Below, piece by piece: positions 1 through 8,967 of a stretch of DNA of 64,000 bases. Source of the stretch: Polyangiaceae bacterium (GTDB lineage Bacteria; Myxococcota_A; Polyangia; Polyangiales; Polyangiaceae); contig JAPSGB010000003.1 in assembly GCA_035063585.1 (NCBI GenBank), positions 256,001 to 320,000 on the forward strand. The letters run 5' to 3'. The position numbers and the translations under genes were made by a program. A model generated the notes under the pieces. That model was not told the DNA's origin. It did not search any database and saw only the letters and a list, made by a program, of their open reading frames with translations. How positions within the stretch are numbered: the stretch's first letter is position 1; each line of letters opens with the position of its first letter.

Positions 1-321
1 AGCCTCTCTCCTCAAGACCCGCGTTATCGAAGCCATTTCGAGGGCCGCGTGGTCGAGCGTGACAGCTCGTTCCACCAAGGGACCGCGTGGGTGCACCTGC
101 TCGGCGCGTACGTGCATGCGTCGCTCTATGAGGCGCCGGACGACTTCGAGCGGCGCGAGGAGCTTCGGCTCGCGGTCGAAGCGGCGCTCACGAACGGCCT
201 CGCGATCGGGCAGCTGCCGCAGCTCGCCGACGGCGACCCGCCGCATCGTCCGCGCGGTAGCCCGGCGCAGGCTTGGGCGGTCGGTGAGCTCCTCTCGGCG
301 CTGGTCGAGCTCGGCGTCTGA
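1..321 (+). CDS. Amylo-alpha-1,6-glucosidase / glycogen debranching enzyme family, C-terminal part (5' end outside window)
   Basis: Frame 1 is open from base 1: SLSPQDPRY..RDSSFHQGTAW..DGDPPHRPRGSPAQAWAVGELL, the typical GDE_C ending. Confidence 0.85.
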   Translation, partial: SLSPQDPRYRSHFEGRVVERDSSFHQGTAWVHLLGAYVHASLYEAPDDFERREELRLAVEAALTNGLAIGQLPQLADGDPPHRPRGSPAQAWAVGELLSALVELGV

Positions 322-327
322 GCCCGC

Positions 328-1029
328 TCAGGGCAGGAGCCGATAGGTGAAGACCAGCCACGGGATGGTGGCGCTCGAGGATTCGCTGGCCGAGACGAGG
401 TGGGCAAGCGAGAGATCGAGCGCCCAGGTCCGATAGGGCAGGCGCGCGCCCGCCGCGAGCGCGAGGCCGTTGAAGCGACCGACCTCGCGCCCGAGCGGAA
501 GGACCGTCTCGACTTCGCCGAGCAAAGACAGCCACGACGCGACCGGGACCACCACGCCCGCGCCGTTCATCGCGAACATCGCCGGGCCGGCGAGCAGAAG
601 GTTGGTCGCGACCGACGCGCTCGCGCCGCACGCAGGGTCGAAGCAGAGCTGCACGACGCCGCCCGCGCGCCCCACGAACATGGGGCCGTCGCCGAGCCCG
701 GAGATGCCCGTCGCCGAGCCGAGCGCCGCGACGCGGACCCCGGGCGCGTCGACGAACCGTGACTTCAGGGTGACGTCCAGTGGGAAGATGTGGTCCTCGC
801 CGAGGGGCGGGGTAGCGGTGAGGCTCAGCTGGGTAGTGTCGGACGCGGCGTAGCCCACCTGGAGCAGCACGAGCTCCGTGCTCGACGCGTAGAACGTGCC
901 CTTCGGGTGGGTCGTGGCGGTCGGCATCACGATGACGCGGTCGCCGCTCGCGTCGTCGGCGCGGGCGGTCGGCGCCGGCACGACCGCCCCGAGGGCAGCC
1001 AAAGCACCGGCGACGCGCCATTGCTTCAT
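328..1029 (-). CDS. Secreted hypothetical protein, probable outer-membrane beta-barrel
   Basis: Signal peptide MKQWRVAGALAALGAVVPAPTARA, alternating beta-strand pattern, C-terminal WLVFTYRL. Confidence 0.6.
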   Translation of the reverse strand: MKQWRVAGALAALGAVVPAPTARADDASGDRVIVMPTATTHPKGTFYASSTELVLLQVGYAASDTTQLSLTATPPLGEDHIFPLDVTLKSRFVDAPGVRVAALGSATGISGLGDGPMFVGRAGGVVQLCFDPACGASASVATNLLLAGPAMFAMNGAGVVVPVASWLSLLGEVETVLPLGREVGRFNGLALAAGARLPYRTWALDLSLAHLVSASESSSATIPWLVFTYRLLP

Positions 1030-1120
1030 CCACTCTGGAAGATACCCGACGCGGGAGCCGAGCGTCACGCCGGCTCGCTTGGTGGCGGGCCCCGCCCGCG
1101 GTAGACTGGGAGAGGGTGTC

Positions 1121-1744
1121 GTGAAACAGCGGATGCGGCGTCACTGTCGATGGGGCTGGCTCGGGCTCCTCGCGCTCACCGCCGCTTGTGGCCGCACCGG
1201 GCTCTATGCCGACGATCCGGACGCCGGCGCGTGGTTCATCGACGCGGCTGAAGACGAGCCCGCTCCGCGCGACGCCGCGTGGGATGCGCCGCCCGAGGCG
1301 CAGCCGGACGTGCTCGGCTGCGCGCCCGAGCCGGAAGCGTGCAACGGGGTCGATGACGACTGCAATGGCCTCATCGACGACGGGCTCGCGAGCGAGAGCT
1401 GCGAGGGCGGCGGCCGAAGCTACTGCGTCGCGGGTCGGATGAGCCAGTGTCCGCGGCGCTGCGAGGCGTGTGTCCCGGGTAGCACGCGGGTGTGCTTCCT
1501 GTCGTACTGCCGCTATTGGGGCACCGAGACCTGCGCGGCGGATGGCCGCTCTTTCAGCTACTGCCGGGAAGGCTCGCCACCACCCGCGTGCAAGCAAACG
1601 GCGAAGGAGCACCAGGCGTCGGCCGCGCTCGAGCAGTGCTGCGTCGACGCAGGCTACTGCTGTCGCGACACCTATGATCTCGACCACGACGGTAACCGCT
1701 CGGAGATGCTCGGCCAGTGCGAAGACGTGGCGTGCGGTCCCTGA
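1121..1744 (+). CDS. Cys-rich lipoprotein with one putative metal-binding (MopE-type) repeat
   Basis: Lipobox LTAAC; PEACNGVDDDCNGLIDDG repeat; many Cys; DxDxDG-like DLDHDGN. Start GTG 1121 or ATG 1133. Confidence 0.75.
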   Translation: MKQRMRRHCRWGWLGLLALTAACGRTGLYADDPDAGAWFIDAAEDEPAPRDAAWDAPPEAQPDVLGCAPEPEACNGVDDDCNGLIDDGLASESCEGGGRSYCVAGRMSQCPRRCEACVPGSTRVCFLSYCRYWGTETCAADGRSFSYCREGSPPPACKQTAKEHQASAALEQCCVDAGYCCRDTYDLDHDGNRSEMLGQCEDVACGP

Positions 1745-2601
1745 GCCCGCGACTCCTCGCGGCGGCCTGGCTGGTCGCCGGCTCCGCGCAGGCGGCGCCG
1801 TGCGCGCGGCCGGATCTGCGCGACGCCTTCCCGCCGAACGGAGCGAGCGCCGTCCCCACCGACGCCGTCCTCACCGCGCACTACGGGCTCACCGCCGACT
1901 ACCTCGGTGAGCCGGTCGAGCTCGAGCGTGTCGGGGGAGGCGTCGAGACGCTGTCAGCGAGCTTCGACGCGAACGAGGGGCTGCTCACCGTGGTCCCGCC
2001 GGGCGGTCTCATCGCCGGCGCGCGCTACGAGCTACGCTGGCCCTCTCTGCGAGGAAAGAACAGCGCGACCAAGGGCCGCACCGAGTCCGTGTCGTTCGCG
2101 GTCGGCGACGGCCCGGACCGGTCGCCGCCGACTTTTGCCGGGGTGGCCGAGCTCGACTGGGACGTGGTGCGCGACGCGGACGAGTGCACGGAAGGCATCG
2201 AGGAGCGGTACGCCTTCGATCTCTCGCTCGCCCCGGCGGACGACGACGGAGGGCGAGGTTCGCTCGCGCTCATCGTGTTCCAGACGGCTGGTCCGGGCAT
2301 CGACGCCTCGACCGGGCCCGTGCCGATCAGCGTCTCTCACTTCCCAGCGGAAGGGACGGTCCGCGTCGTGCGGCCCATCCCGAGCGCGATCGGTCACGTA
2401 TGCTTCGCGGCCATCGCGAGAGATCTGGTGGGCAACGTCTCGGCCGGCGGCAGCAGCGAGCGCTGCGCGGACACCGTTCCGCCCCCGTTCTTCTACGGTT
2501 GCTCGAGCGCGCCGCCCGGGCGCGGTCGGGCGCCGGCGGCGCCGCTCGGGCTCGCGCTGCTCGCGTTCTTCGCGCTCCGCCGAGGGCGGTGGTCTCGATG
2601 A
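1717..2601 (+). CDS. Secreted Ig-like domain protein with MYXO-CTERM-like sorting tail
   Basis: Signal peptide; FPPNGASAVPTDA Big_5-like start; C-terminal GCSS..LGLALLAFFALRRGR. Start uncertain. Confidence 0.7.
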   Translation: MRRRGVRSLSPRLLAAAWLVAGSAQAAPCARPDLRDAFPPNGASAVPTDAVLTAHYGLTADYLGEPVELERVGGGVETLSASFDANEGLLTVVPPGGLIAGARYELRWPSLRGKNSATKGRTESVSFAVGDGPDRSPPTFAGVAELDWDVVRDADECTEGIEERYAFDLSLAPADDDGGRGSLALIVFQTAGPGIDASTGPVPISVSHFPAEGTVRVVRPIPSAIGHVCFAAIARDLVGNVSAGGSSERCADTVPPPFFYGCSSAPPGRGRAPAAPLGLALLAFFALRRGRWSR

Positions 2602-3683
2602 GGGGCGCGCTCCTCGCGCTCGGGCTCGGCGCGAGCCTCATCGCCGTCCCGCGCGCGAGCGCCGCCGAACCTGCGCCCTCCGCGCCCAGCGCGCCGCCGC
2701 TGCCCGCGGCGAGCGCGCCGACGCCCGCGGGGAGCACGACACCACCTGCGCCGAGCGCGCCGAGCGCGCCGAGCGCGCCGACGGCTGCGCTCATGCCGAT
2801 CGCCGTGCTCGACGCGGTGGCGCTCGGGGTCGATCCGGCGGTCGGCGTCGCGGTGACGGCGCAGCTCCGCGAGACGTCACGCGCGCTCGGCTACGAGCCC
2901 GCCGCGCCCGACGCGGTGCGAAGCGCGCTCGCGCTGCTGGAGCTCCCCGGCGCGCCGCGTGCGCCCGAGCTTCGCCGGATCGCCGAGCGGCTCGGCGCGA
3001 GCCGCGGCGTGCTGGCGACGGTGCGTGCCCGAGGCGGCACGTATCTCGTCACGGTCGAGGTGGGGAGCGCGGGCCGCGCGGAGGCCTGGTCCGCCGAGGC
3101 GCGCGCCGGAGCCGGCGAGCTCGTCGCGGTGACCGACCGGCTGCTGCGCGCGGCGCTCCCGCCTCCCGGCGTGAACCCACCGTCGACGCCGCCCGGCGGT
3201 CCCGCGCCTACGCGGACGCCGAGCGGTTCCGCGCCGCCTCGACGAGACCAAACGGCATCTGAACGGTATCGGCTCGCGCTGGGCGGCGAGGGCGCGTTCG
3301 GCATCGGCGCGGGAAGCTTCACGAACGTACTCGCAGGCGCGCGTCTCGACTATCGCTTCACTCCGTCGCTCTCGCTCGGCGCCGGGCTCGCTTACGCGAA
3401 CCTGAAGGGCCGCTCGGGGCGTGAGAGCAACGTGCTCCCAAGATTCCTTCTAGACTATCGAGTCGGCCTCGGCGAGGAGAGCTCACTCTTCGTGCCGTTT
3501 CGCTTCACGAGCGGATGGTTGCCGAACAATGGCCCGGTCTCGCGTCTGTCCGTTGGGTTCGGAGCCCGGGTGAGTGAGCGGGTGGAGCTGGTCTTCGACG
3601 CGCTCGCGCCGGCCGTGTGGGTGACCCGCGACAAGCCCGTGGTCAGCGTGGATCTCTCGGCGGAGCTCGCGATCTCGCTCTAG
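2598..3683 (+). CDS. Secreted protein: Pro/Ala linker, alpha/beta domain and C-terminal beta-barrel
   Basis: ATG overlaps the upstream TGA (ATGA); signal peptide; amphipathic strands ending VDLSAELAISL. Confidence 0.65.
   Translation: MRGALLALGLGASLIAVPRASAAEPAPSAPSAPPLPAASAPTPAGSTTPPAPSAPSAPSAPTAALMPIAVLDAVALGVDPAVGVAVTAQLRETSRALGYEPAAPDAVRSALALLELPGAPRAPELRRIAERLGASRGVLATVRARGGTYLVTVEVGSAGRAEAWSAEARAGAGELVAVTDRLLRAALPPPGVNPPSTPPGGPAPTRTPSGSAPPRRDQTASERYRLALGGEGAFGIGAGSFTNVLAGARLDYRFTPSLSLGAGLAYANLKGRSGRESNVLPRFLLDYRVGLGEESSLFVPFRFTSGWLPNNGPVSRLSVGFGARVSERVELVFDALAPAVWVTRDKPVVSVDLSAELAISL
2748..2780 (+). repeat. Tandem 9-bp repeat (gcgccgagc) encoding an APS linker
   Basis: gcgccgagc x3 plus a partial copy inside the CDS. 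Confidence 0.7.
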
Positions 3684-3737
3684 GCGGCCGCGCTCGCTTG
3701 CGCGCTGCGGGGCGCCCGGTAGGCTTCCTCGCGGGAC

Positions 3738-4694
3738 ATGAAGAGCCGCGATCTCTCCGCGCTCGGCTTCCGGCGGATCGTCATACTGCTCGTGTGGTTG
3801 GTCGTGGTGCCGACCTTCCTCATGCTGGCGCTCGGCGTGCTCTTGCTCTTTCTCGGCGAGGCGCGCGTCAACATCTTGATGGGTATCCTGGTCATGGCGC
3901 TCAGCGCGACCGTCGCCACCGGGGTCATCCTGGTCTGGGTATTCGTTCGGCGTGAGGCCAACCTCTCGCGGCTGCAGGCGGACTTCGTGTCGAAGGTGAG
4001 CCACGAGCTTCGCACGCCGCTCACCTCGATCCGACTCTTCACCGAGACCCTGGCGCTGCGGCGCGGCGACGTGGAGGCCGAGGACAAGTGTATCGAGGCG
4101 CTGGCGCGCGAGGGCTCGCGGCTCTCGGAGCTCATCGATCGGCTGCTCGACTGGGGCCGCATGGAGAGCGGGCACCGCGAGTTCGTGATGAAGCGAGTCG
4201 AGATCGCCGGCATCGTCGAGGCCGCCCTCAGCGTGTTCGACAACATACGGTTGCGTCGCCAGGTCGAGCTGAAGGTGGAGGTCCCGAAGGACCTCCCGGC
4301 CATCGACGCGGACCGCGGCGCGATGGTCGACGTGCTCTTGAACCTGCTCACCAACGCGTACAAGTACGGAGGGGATCCGGTGAGCATAGAGGTCCGGGTC
4401 GAGGCTCGGCCGAAGGAGGTGAGGCTCTCGGTAAAGGACAACGGGCCCGGCATCGAGCCGGTCGAGCACCAGCGCATCTTCCAGAAGTTCTATCGGGTCG
4501 ATGATCGCCTCTCGCGCGAGCGCGAGGGCTCCGGCCTCGGGCTCGCCATCGTCAAGCACGTGATGAAGGCGCACCACGGGCGCGTCGAGCTCGAGAGCGC
4601 GCCCGGGGAGGGGAGCACCTTTACCCTGGTGGTGCCGGTCGCGGCCCCTCCGCGCGCGGGGTTTCGACCGGCGGAGGCGCAGGCCGGGAGTTGA
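3738..4694 (+). CDS. Sensor histidine kinase (2 TM, HisKA, HATPase_c)
   Basis: H-box VSHELRTPLTSI, N-box NLLTNAYKY, DNGPGI, IFQKFYR, GSGLGLAI. Confidence 0.95.
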   Translation: MKSRDLSALGFRRIVILLVWLVVVPTFLMLALGVLLLFLGEARVNILMGILVMALSATVATGVILVWVFVRREANLSRLQADFVSKVSHELRTPLTSIRLFTETLALRRGDVEAEDKCIEALAREGSRLSELIDRLLDWGRMESGHREFVMKRVEIAGIVEAALSVFDNIRLRRQVELKVEVPKDLPAIDADRGAMVDVLLNLLTNAYKYGGDPVSIEVRVEARPKEVRLSVKDNGPGIEPVEHQRIFQKFYRVDDRLSREREGSGLGLAIVKHVMKAHHGRVELESAPGEGSTFTLVVPVAAPPRAGFRPAEAQAGS

Positions 4695-4748
4695 CGTCCG
4701 GCCGCCGGAGGTGAGATGCGAGGACCGAGCGCGGATGCCGAGAGCGAC

Positions 4749-5453
4749 ATGACGACCCCTACCACCGGCCGCAAGCGCATCCTCGTGGTCGAGGACGACG
4801 AGAGCATCACCCTCGGGCTGCGGATGAACCTGGAGGCGGAGGGATACGACGTCGCGGTCGCGATCGACGGCGAAGCGGGGCTCCTCCACCTGCGGGCCGC
4901 GCCGGTGGATCTGGTGCTCCTCGACGTGATGCTGCCGAAAATGAACGGCTTCGAGCTGGTGCGGCGCCTTCGAGACGAGGGCCACGCGATGCCCATCGTG
5001 ATGCTGAGCGCGAGGGACGCCGAGATGGACAAGGTCATGGGCCTCGAGCTCGGCGCGGAGGACTACATCACCAAGCCGTTCAGCCTCGCCGAGCTGCTGG
5101 CTCGGGTGAAGGCGGCGCTCCGCCGCGACGCCATCGCCCGCCCGGCCGTCGGGAGCACCGTGGTCACGGGCGAGCTCGAGATCAACCTCGGCACGCGCGA
5201 GGCCACGAAGCGCGGCGAGCCCGTGGAGCTCACCGCCACCGAATTCGACGTGCTCTGGTGCCTGATCGAGGCAGGAGGTCGCGTGCTCTCACGCGAGCAG
5301 ATCCGAGCGCGCGTGTGGGGCGCCGGGCACCACGGCACGCTGCGAACGATCGACAATTTCCTGCTTCAGCTCCGCAACAAGCTCGAGGACGATCCCGCCG
5401 AGCCGCGCTACCTGCTCACCGTCCGCGGAGTCGGCTACCGCTTCGTCACGTGA
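4749..5453 (+). CDS. OmpR/PhoB-family response regulator
   Basis: ILVVEDD, LLDVMLP, DYITKPF, winged helix RTIDNF..LRNKLE..TVRGVGYRF. Confidence 0.95.
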   Translation: MTTPTTGRKRILVVEDDESITLGLRMNLEAEGYDVAVAIDGEAGLLHLRAAPVDLVLLDVMLPKMNGFELVRRLRDEGHAMPIVMLSARDAEMDKVMGLELGAEDYITKPFSLAELLARVKAALRRDAIARPAVGSTVVTGELEINLGTREATKRGEPVELTATEFDVLWCLIEAGGRVLSREQIRARVWGAGHHGTLRTIDNFLLQLRNKLEDDPAEPRYLLTVRGVGYRFVT

Positions 5454-5552
5454 GGCACGTCGGGGCCAGGTCCCGACTGGCCGATACGGCTGTTCAGGCG
5501 TGTGCTCCGCGCTCGTGCATCACGCCGCTCTTTCGGTTAGAACCCCGAGGGC

Positions 5553-6020
5553 GTGGACCAGAACCTGCTTCGCTCCTATTTCGCTACCGTCTACGAGCTC
5601 CCGACCGACAACGGGCTCCTGCGCGTCTCGATGGATGGCGAAATCGTGCAGGACGCATCGGCGTTGCCGGAGGTCCTGCGGCGGAGCTTCTCCATCCTCA
5701 CCGCCTACAACCCCCGCAGCATGCTGCTCCCGCGCCGGGTGAACGACGGTCGCCACCAGGTGATGCGCGACCTGCTCATCCTCGGCTGTTATCGCGTCGA
5801 GCACTGCGTCGGCTACGACGAGGAGCCGGAGGGCGTGTGGCGTGAGCCGGCGTGGCTGGTGCAAGGGATCGAGCGCGACGAGGCCATCCACTTTGGCCGC
5901 ACCTTCCGCCAGAACGGCATCATCTACTGTCGCGACGCGCGGCCGGAGCTCATCGTCACCGATCCGACCTGCGACGAGGTCGGCCGCACCTTCCAAGGCA
6001 ACTGGCGAGTGCGCCAGTAG
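5553..6020 (+). CDS. DUF3293-family protein
   Basis: ILTAYNPRS..N..W.EP..FGRTFRQNGI pattern. Confidence 0.7.
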   Translation: MDQNLLRSYFATVYELPTDNGLLRVSMDGEIVQDASALPEVLRRSFSILTAYNPRSMLLPRRVNDGRHQVMRDLLILGCYRVEHCVGYDEEPEGVWREPAWLVQGIERDEAIHFGRTFRQNGIIYCRDARPELIVTDPTCDEVGRTFQGNWRVRQ

Positions 6021-6048
6021 CCGCGGAGCGCCCAGCGCCGGCCGGGGC

Positions 6049-7443
6049 TCAGGCTCGGCGCCAGCCGACACACCAGGCGGCCGCGCCCGCCGCCATCGCC
6101 AAGGGGACGATGAGGACGGCGAGCGAGAGGCTCCCCGTCGCGTCGGAGACCGCGCCGATGATGGGCGGGCTGATGGCGTCGCCGAAGAGATGGATGGCGA
6201 GGATGGAGAGGCTGAAGGCGCGCGCGCGGAGCGCGGGCTCGGTCGAGTTCACGATCTCGGTGTTGATGGGGCCGCTGTAGAACCACAGGAAGAACTGCGC
6301 GAGCCCTACGCCCGCGACGCAGAGGGTCGCCGAGGGCGTGAGGAGCGCTCCCGCGGCGAGGAGCGTGGCGGCGATCATCGACCAGCCCGACAGCGCGAGG
6401 TACGGGTTCTTGGTCTTGCCGACGAGCCGGTCGGCGAGCATGCCGCCGACCAGCGTGCCGCCGAGCCCGCCGAGCACGGTGACCATGCCGACCGTGCTGC
6501 CGGCCTGGGCGAGCTCCATCCCGTACCTTCGGTGCAGGTAGGTCGGCAGCCAATCGGCCATGCCGCCCGCAGCGAAGGTCACCGCGGTGTAGCCGAGGAC
6601 GGCGTAGAGATAGTGAGGGTTCCTGGCGAGCGCGCGGAGGGCCCGCGGATAGCTCACGGTCGGCTCCCGCTCCCTCGCGCCGCCGCCCGGGTCACGGATC
6701 TTGAGCGCGAGCGCCGCCACCAGCAGCCCGGGCGCTCCGCACAGGAGAAACGCGATGCGCCAGCCGAACCGCGCCGCGAGCGCGCCGCCGACGGAGAAGC
6801 CGAGGGCCGCGCCGACCGGGATGGCGACGTAGAACCAGGTGAGGATGCGATTGCGTCGCTCGGGCGGGTACAGATCGCCGATGAGCGGCGGTGCCAGGGT
6901 GGCGTAGGCCGCCTCGCCGACACCGACCGCCGCGCGAGCGAGGAGCAAGGTCAGAAACCCGGTGGCGAGCGCCGCGCCACTCGTCGCGAGCGACCAGAGC
7001 GCCACGCCGATCGCGATGATGGTGGTGCGCTTCATGCGATCGGCGAGCGCGGCGAAGACGGGCGAGGTGAGCATGTACACGATCACGAAGGCGGTGAGCG
7101 GCCAGCTCGTCTCGGCGTCGGTGAGCCCGAGCTCGGCCTTGAAGAGCTCCTTCGCCGCGCTCGGGACGTAGCGGTCGAAGTAATTGAGGAGGTTCATCGC
7201 CGTGAGGACGATGACCGCGAAGCGTGCGTCACGGACCGTGATGCGTGGGTGCTCTCTCGTGGGCAGGGGCCCAAGGTGCCACGGCGCGCTTCGGCCTGGA
7301 AGCGCGGCGCGCCCAGCAGGGGGCGAGCTCTGATTTTTTTGGGGCCGGGCCGGCGCGGCCGGCGTCGAGGCCCCCCACGCGCTCGAGCGGGGCTCCGCGA
7401 GAGAGAGCTCATGCTGACGAACGCCGCTTCGGACGAGCGGCAT
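6049..7443 (-). CDS. MFS transporter, Spinster-like (true start probably near 7200-7280)
   Basis: MNLLNYFDRY, ALADRMKR, ARAAVGVGEA, HLFGDAISP; about 12 hydrophobic segments. Confidence 0.9.
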   Translation of the reverse strand: MPLVRSGVRQHELSLAEPRSSAWGASTPAAPARPQKNQSSPPAGRAALPGRSAPWHLGPLPTREHPRITVRDARFAVIVLTAMNLLNYFDRYVPSAAKELFKAELGLTDAETSWPLTAFVIVYMLTSPVFAALADRMKRTTIIAIGVALWSLATSGAALATGFLTLLLARAAVGVGEAAYATLAPPLIGDLYPPERRNRILTWFYVAIPVGAALGFSVGGALAARFGWRIAFLLCGAPGLLVAALALKIRDPGGGAREREPTVSYPRALRALARNPHYLYAVLGYTAVTFAAGGMADWLPTYLHRRYGMELAQAGSTVGMVTVLGGLGGTLVGGMLADRLVGKTKNPYLALSGWSMIAATLLAAGALLTPSATLCVAGVGLAQFFLWFYSGPINTEIVNSTEPALRARAFSLSILAIHLFGDAISPPIIGAVSDATGSLSLAVLIVPLAMAAGAAAWCVGWRRA

Positions 7444-7489
7444 TTGGGCGTCCGAAATTTCGACGAAGGAAGGTATTATTCATGCCGAA

Positions 7490-8044
7490 GTGGGAAAGAC
7501 CAAGGGGACGAGCTTCGTCAACGCGCAAGCGTACTGCGATACGGTGCATGGCGAGGGGGCGTGGGCGCGCGTCCGAGACCGCATGGACCCGACCGATCGC
7601 GAGGTCCTGACCGGTCTGGTCGCGGTGGGTTGGTACGAACTCGACCTCTACGCGCGAGCGATCCGTGCCATCGATCGAGAGCTCGGCGCGGGAGATCTGG
7701 GGCTCATCGCGCCGCTCGGACGCTTCGAGGCCGAGCGGGATTTCAAGACCATCCATCGCTTGTTCTTCCGCCTCGCGAACCCCGCCTACGCGATCGAGAA
7801 GGCGACCGAGTACTGGCGTCGCTTTCACGATACCGGCTCTTGGTCGGTGGTTCGCAACTCTCCGACGAGCGTCTCCGGGTCGCTCGAGGGGTGGGCCGCC
7901 ACCGACAGCGTGCTGTGCCTCGAGCTTACCGGCTACATGCCCAGGGTCATCGAGCTGGTCGGTGGCGAGTCGGCGCTCATGACGCACCCGCGTTGCCGCA
8001 TGCTCGGGCATTCTGCGTGCGAGTTCGATCTTCGGTGGAGCTGA
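7490..8044 (+). CDS. Myxobacterial TIGR02265/DUF2378-like protein with V4R-like C-terminus
   Basis: KGTSF start, GWY motif, YWRRFHDTG, HPRCRMLGHSACEFDLRW. Confidence 0.65.
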   Translation: MGKTKGTSFVNAQAYCDTVHGEGAWARVRDRMDPTDREVLTGLVAVGWYELDLYARAIRAIDRELGAGDLGLIAPLGRFEAERDFKTIHRLFFRLANPAYAIEKATEYWRRFHDTGSWSVVRNSPTSVSGSLEGWAATDSVLCLELTGYMPRVIELVGGESALMTHPRCRMLGHSACEFDLRWS

Positions 8045-8072
8045 CGCGCCCCGCGAAGTCCTGCTAGTATCG

Positions 8073-8753
8073 ATGGCGCTCGTGCGACGCATTCACTGGC
8101 TCCTCGGCACCCTCGCGCTCCCACCGATCGCGCTCTCATGGCTCAGCGCGCGCGCAGGGGACGAGCTCGCTCGGGCGGTGGCGGTCGAGCTGTCGCGCGT
8201 GGCTGCGCCGCTCCGAGTGGCGCAAGCTCGCGCGCCGCGCGCCGAGCAGAGCGCGTCCGCGCCGCTCGCGCCGGTGAGCTCGGCGCAGGCGCGTGCTCCG
8301 GCGAGGGCGCGAGTCGGCGCGAAGCGGCGCCCGGCGCGAGGCCTGCGGATTTCGTCGGCTGCGGTGCTGCGCCTCGCGAGCGCAGGGGGGCGGCCATCGG
8401 GCCGCCTCGTCGCGCCGGACGGAAGTCGGCCGGCGGGGCTCTCGCTCTCCGGGGTGGGCGGGCTCGGGGTCGGCCTGCGTGATGGCGACGTCCTCACCAG
8501 CGCGGGTGGCGCCGCGGCGACCAGCCCCGGCGCAGTCATCGGCGCGGTGGTCGCAGCGCGTGCGGCCCACCAAGCTAGCATCAGCGGAGTCTTTTGGCGC
8601 GACGGCGAGCCCTGGCAACTGGTGGTGGACCAGCCATACCTCGAGCCTCGAGAGGCTCACGTTTCGAGGCCTGAACCCGCCGAGTCAGGGCTCGCGCCCG
8701 AGGCCGAGCCGGTCCGAGGGCGCGAGGCTCTGCTTCGCACGAGCTCCCGCTGA
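8073..8753 (+). CDS. Membrane-anchored hypothetical protein with PDZ-like segment
   Basis: N-terminal hydrophobic helix; GLRDGDVLTSAGG resembles the PDZ GLxxGDxI motif. Confidence 0.5.
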   Translation: MALVRRIHWLLGTLALPPIALSWLSARAGDELARAVAVELSRVAAPLRVAQARAPRAEQSASAPLAPVSSAQARAPARARVGAKRRPARGLRISSAAVLRLASAGGRPSGRLVAPDGSRPAGLSLSGVGGLGVGLRDGDVLTSAGGAAATSPGAVIGAVVAARAAHQASISGVFWRDGEPWQLVVDQPYLEPREAHVSRPEPAESGLAPEAEPVRGREALLRTSSR

Positions 8754-8967
8754 GGCGGCGCCCAGCGCTCGCCGGGGCGGCCTCGGGAGGCTCGCCTCAC
8801 GATATGCTCGAGGGCACGCGGGAGCGCGGCCTCGCGCGCGTCGCGCGCTACCGGCCGAGGTCCGCGCCCGGATCGGGGCGCGGTCGATCTATTCCCGGAG
8901 CAATCGACCTCGCAGATGCCGGAGAGCCTCTTGCTGACGGTCGAGGCGTCGCTACTCTGATGCCATC

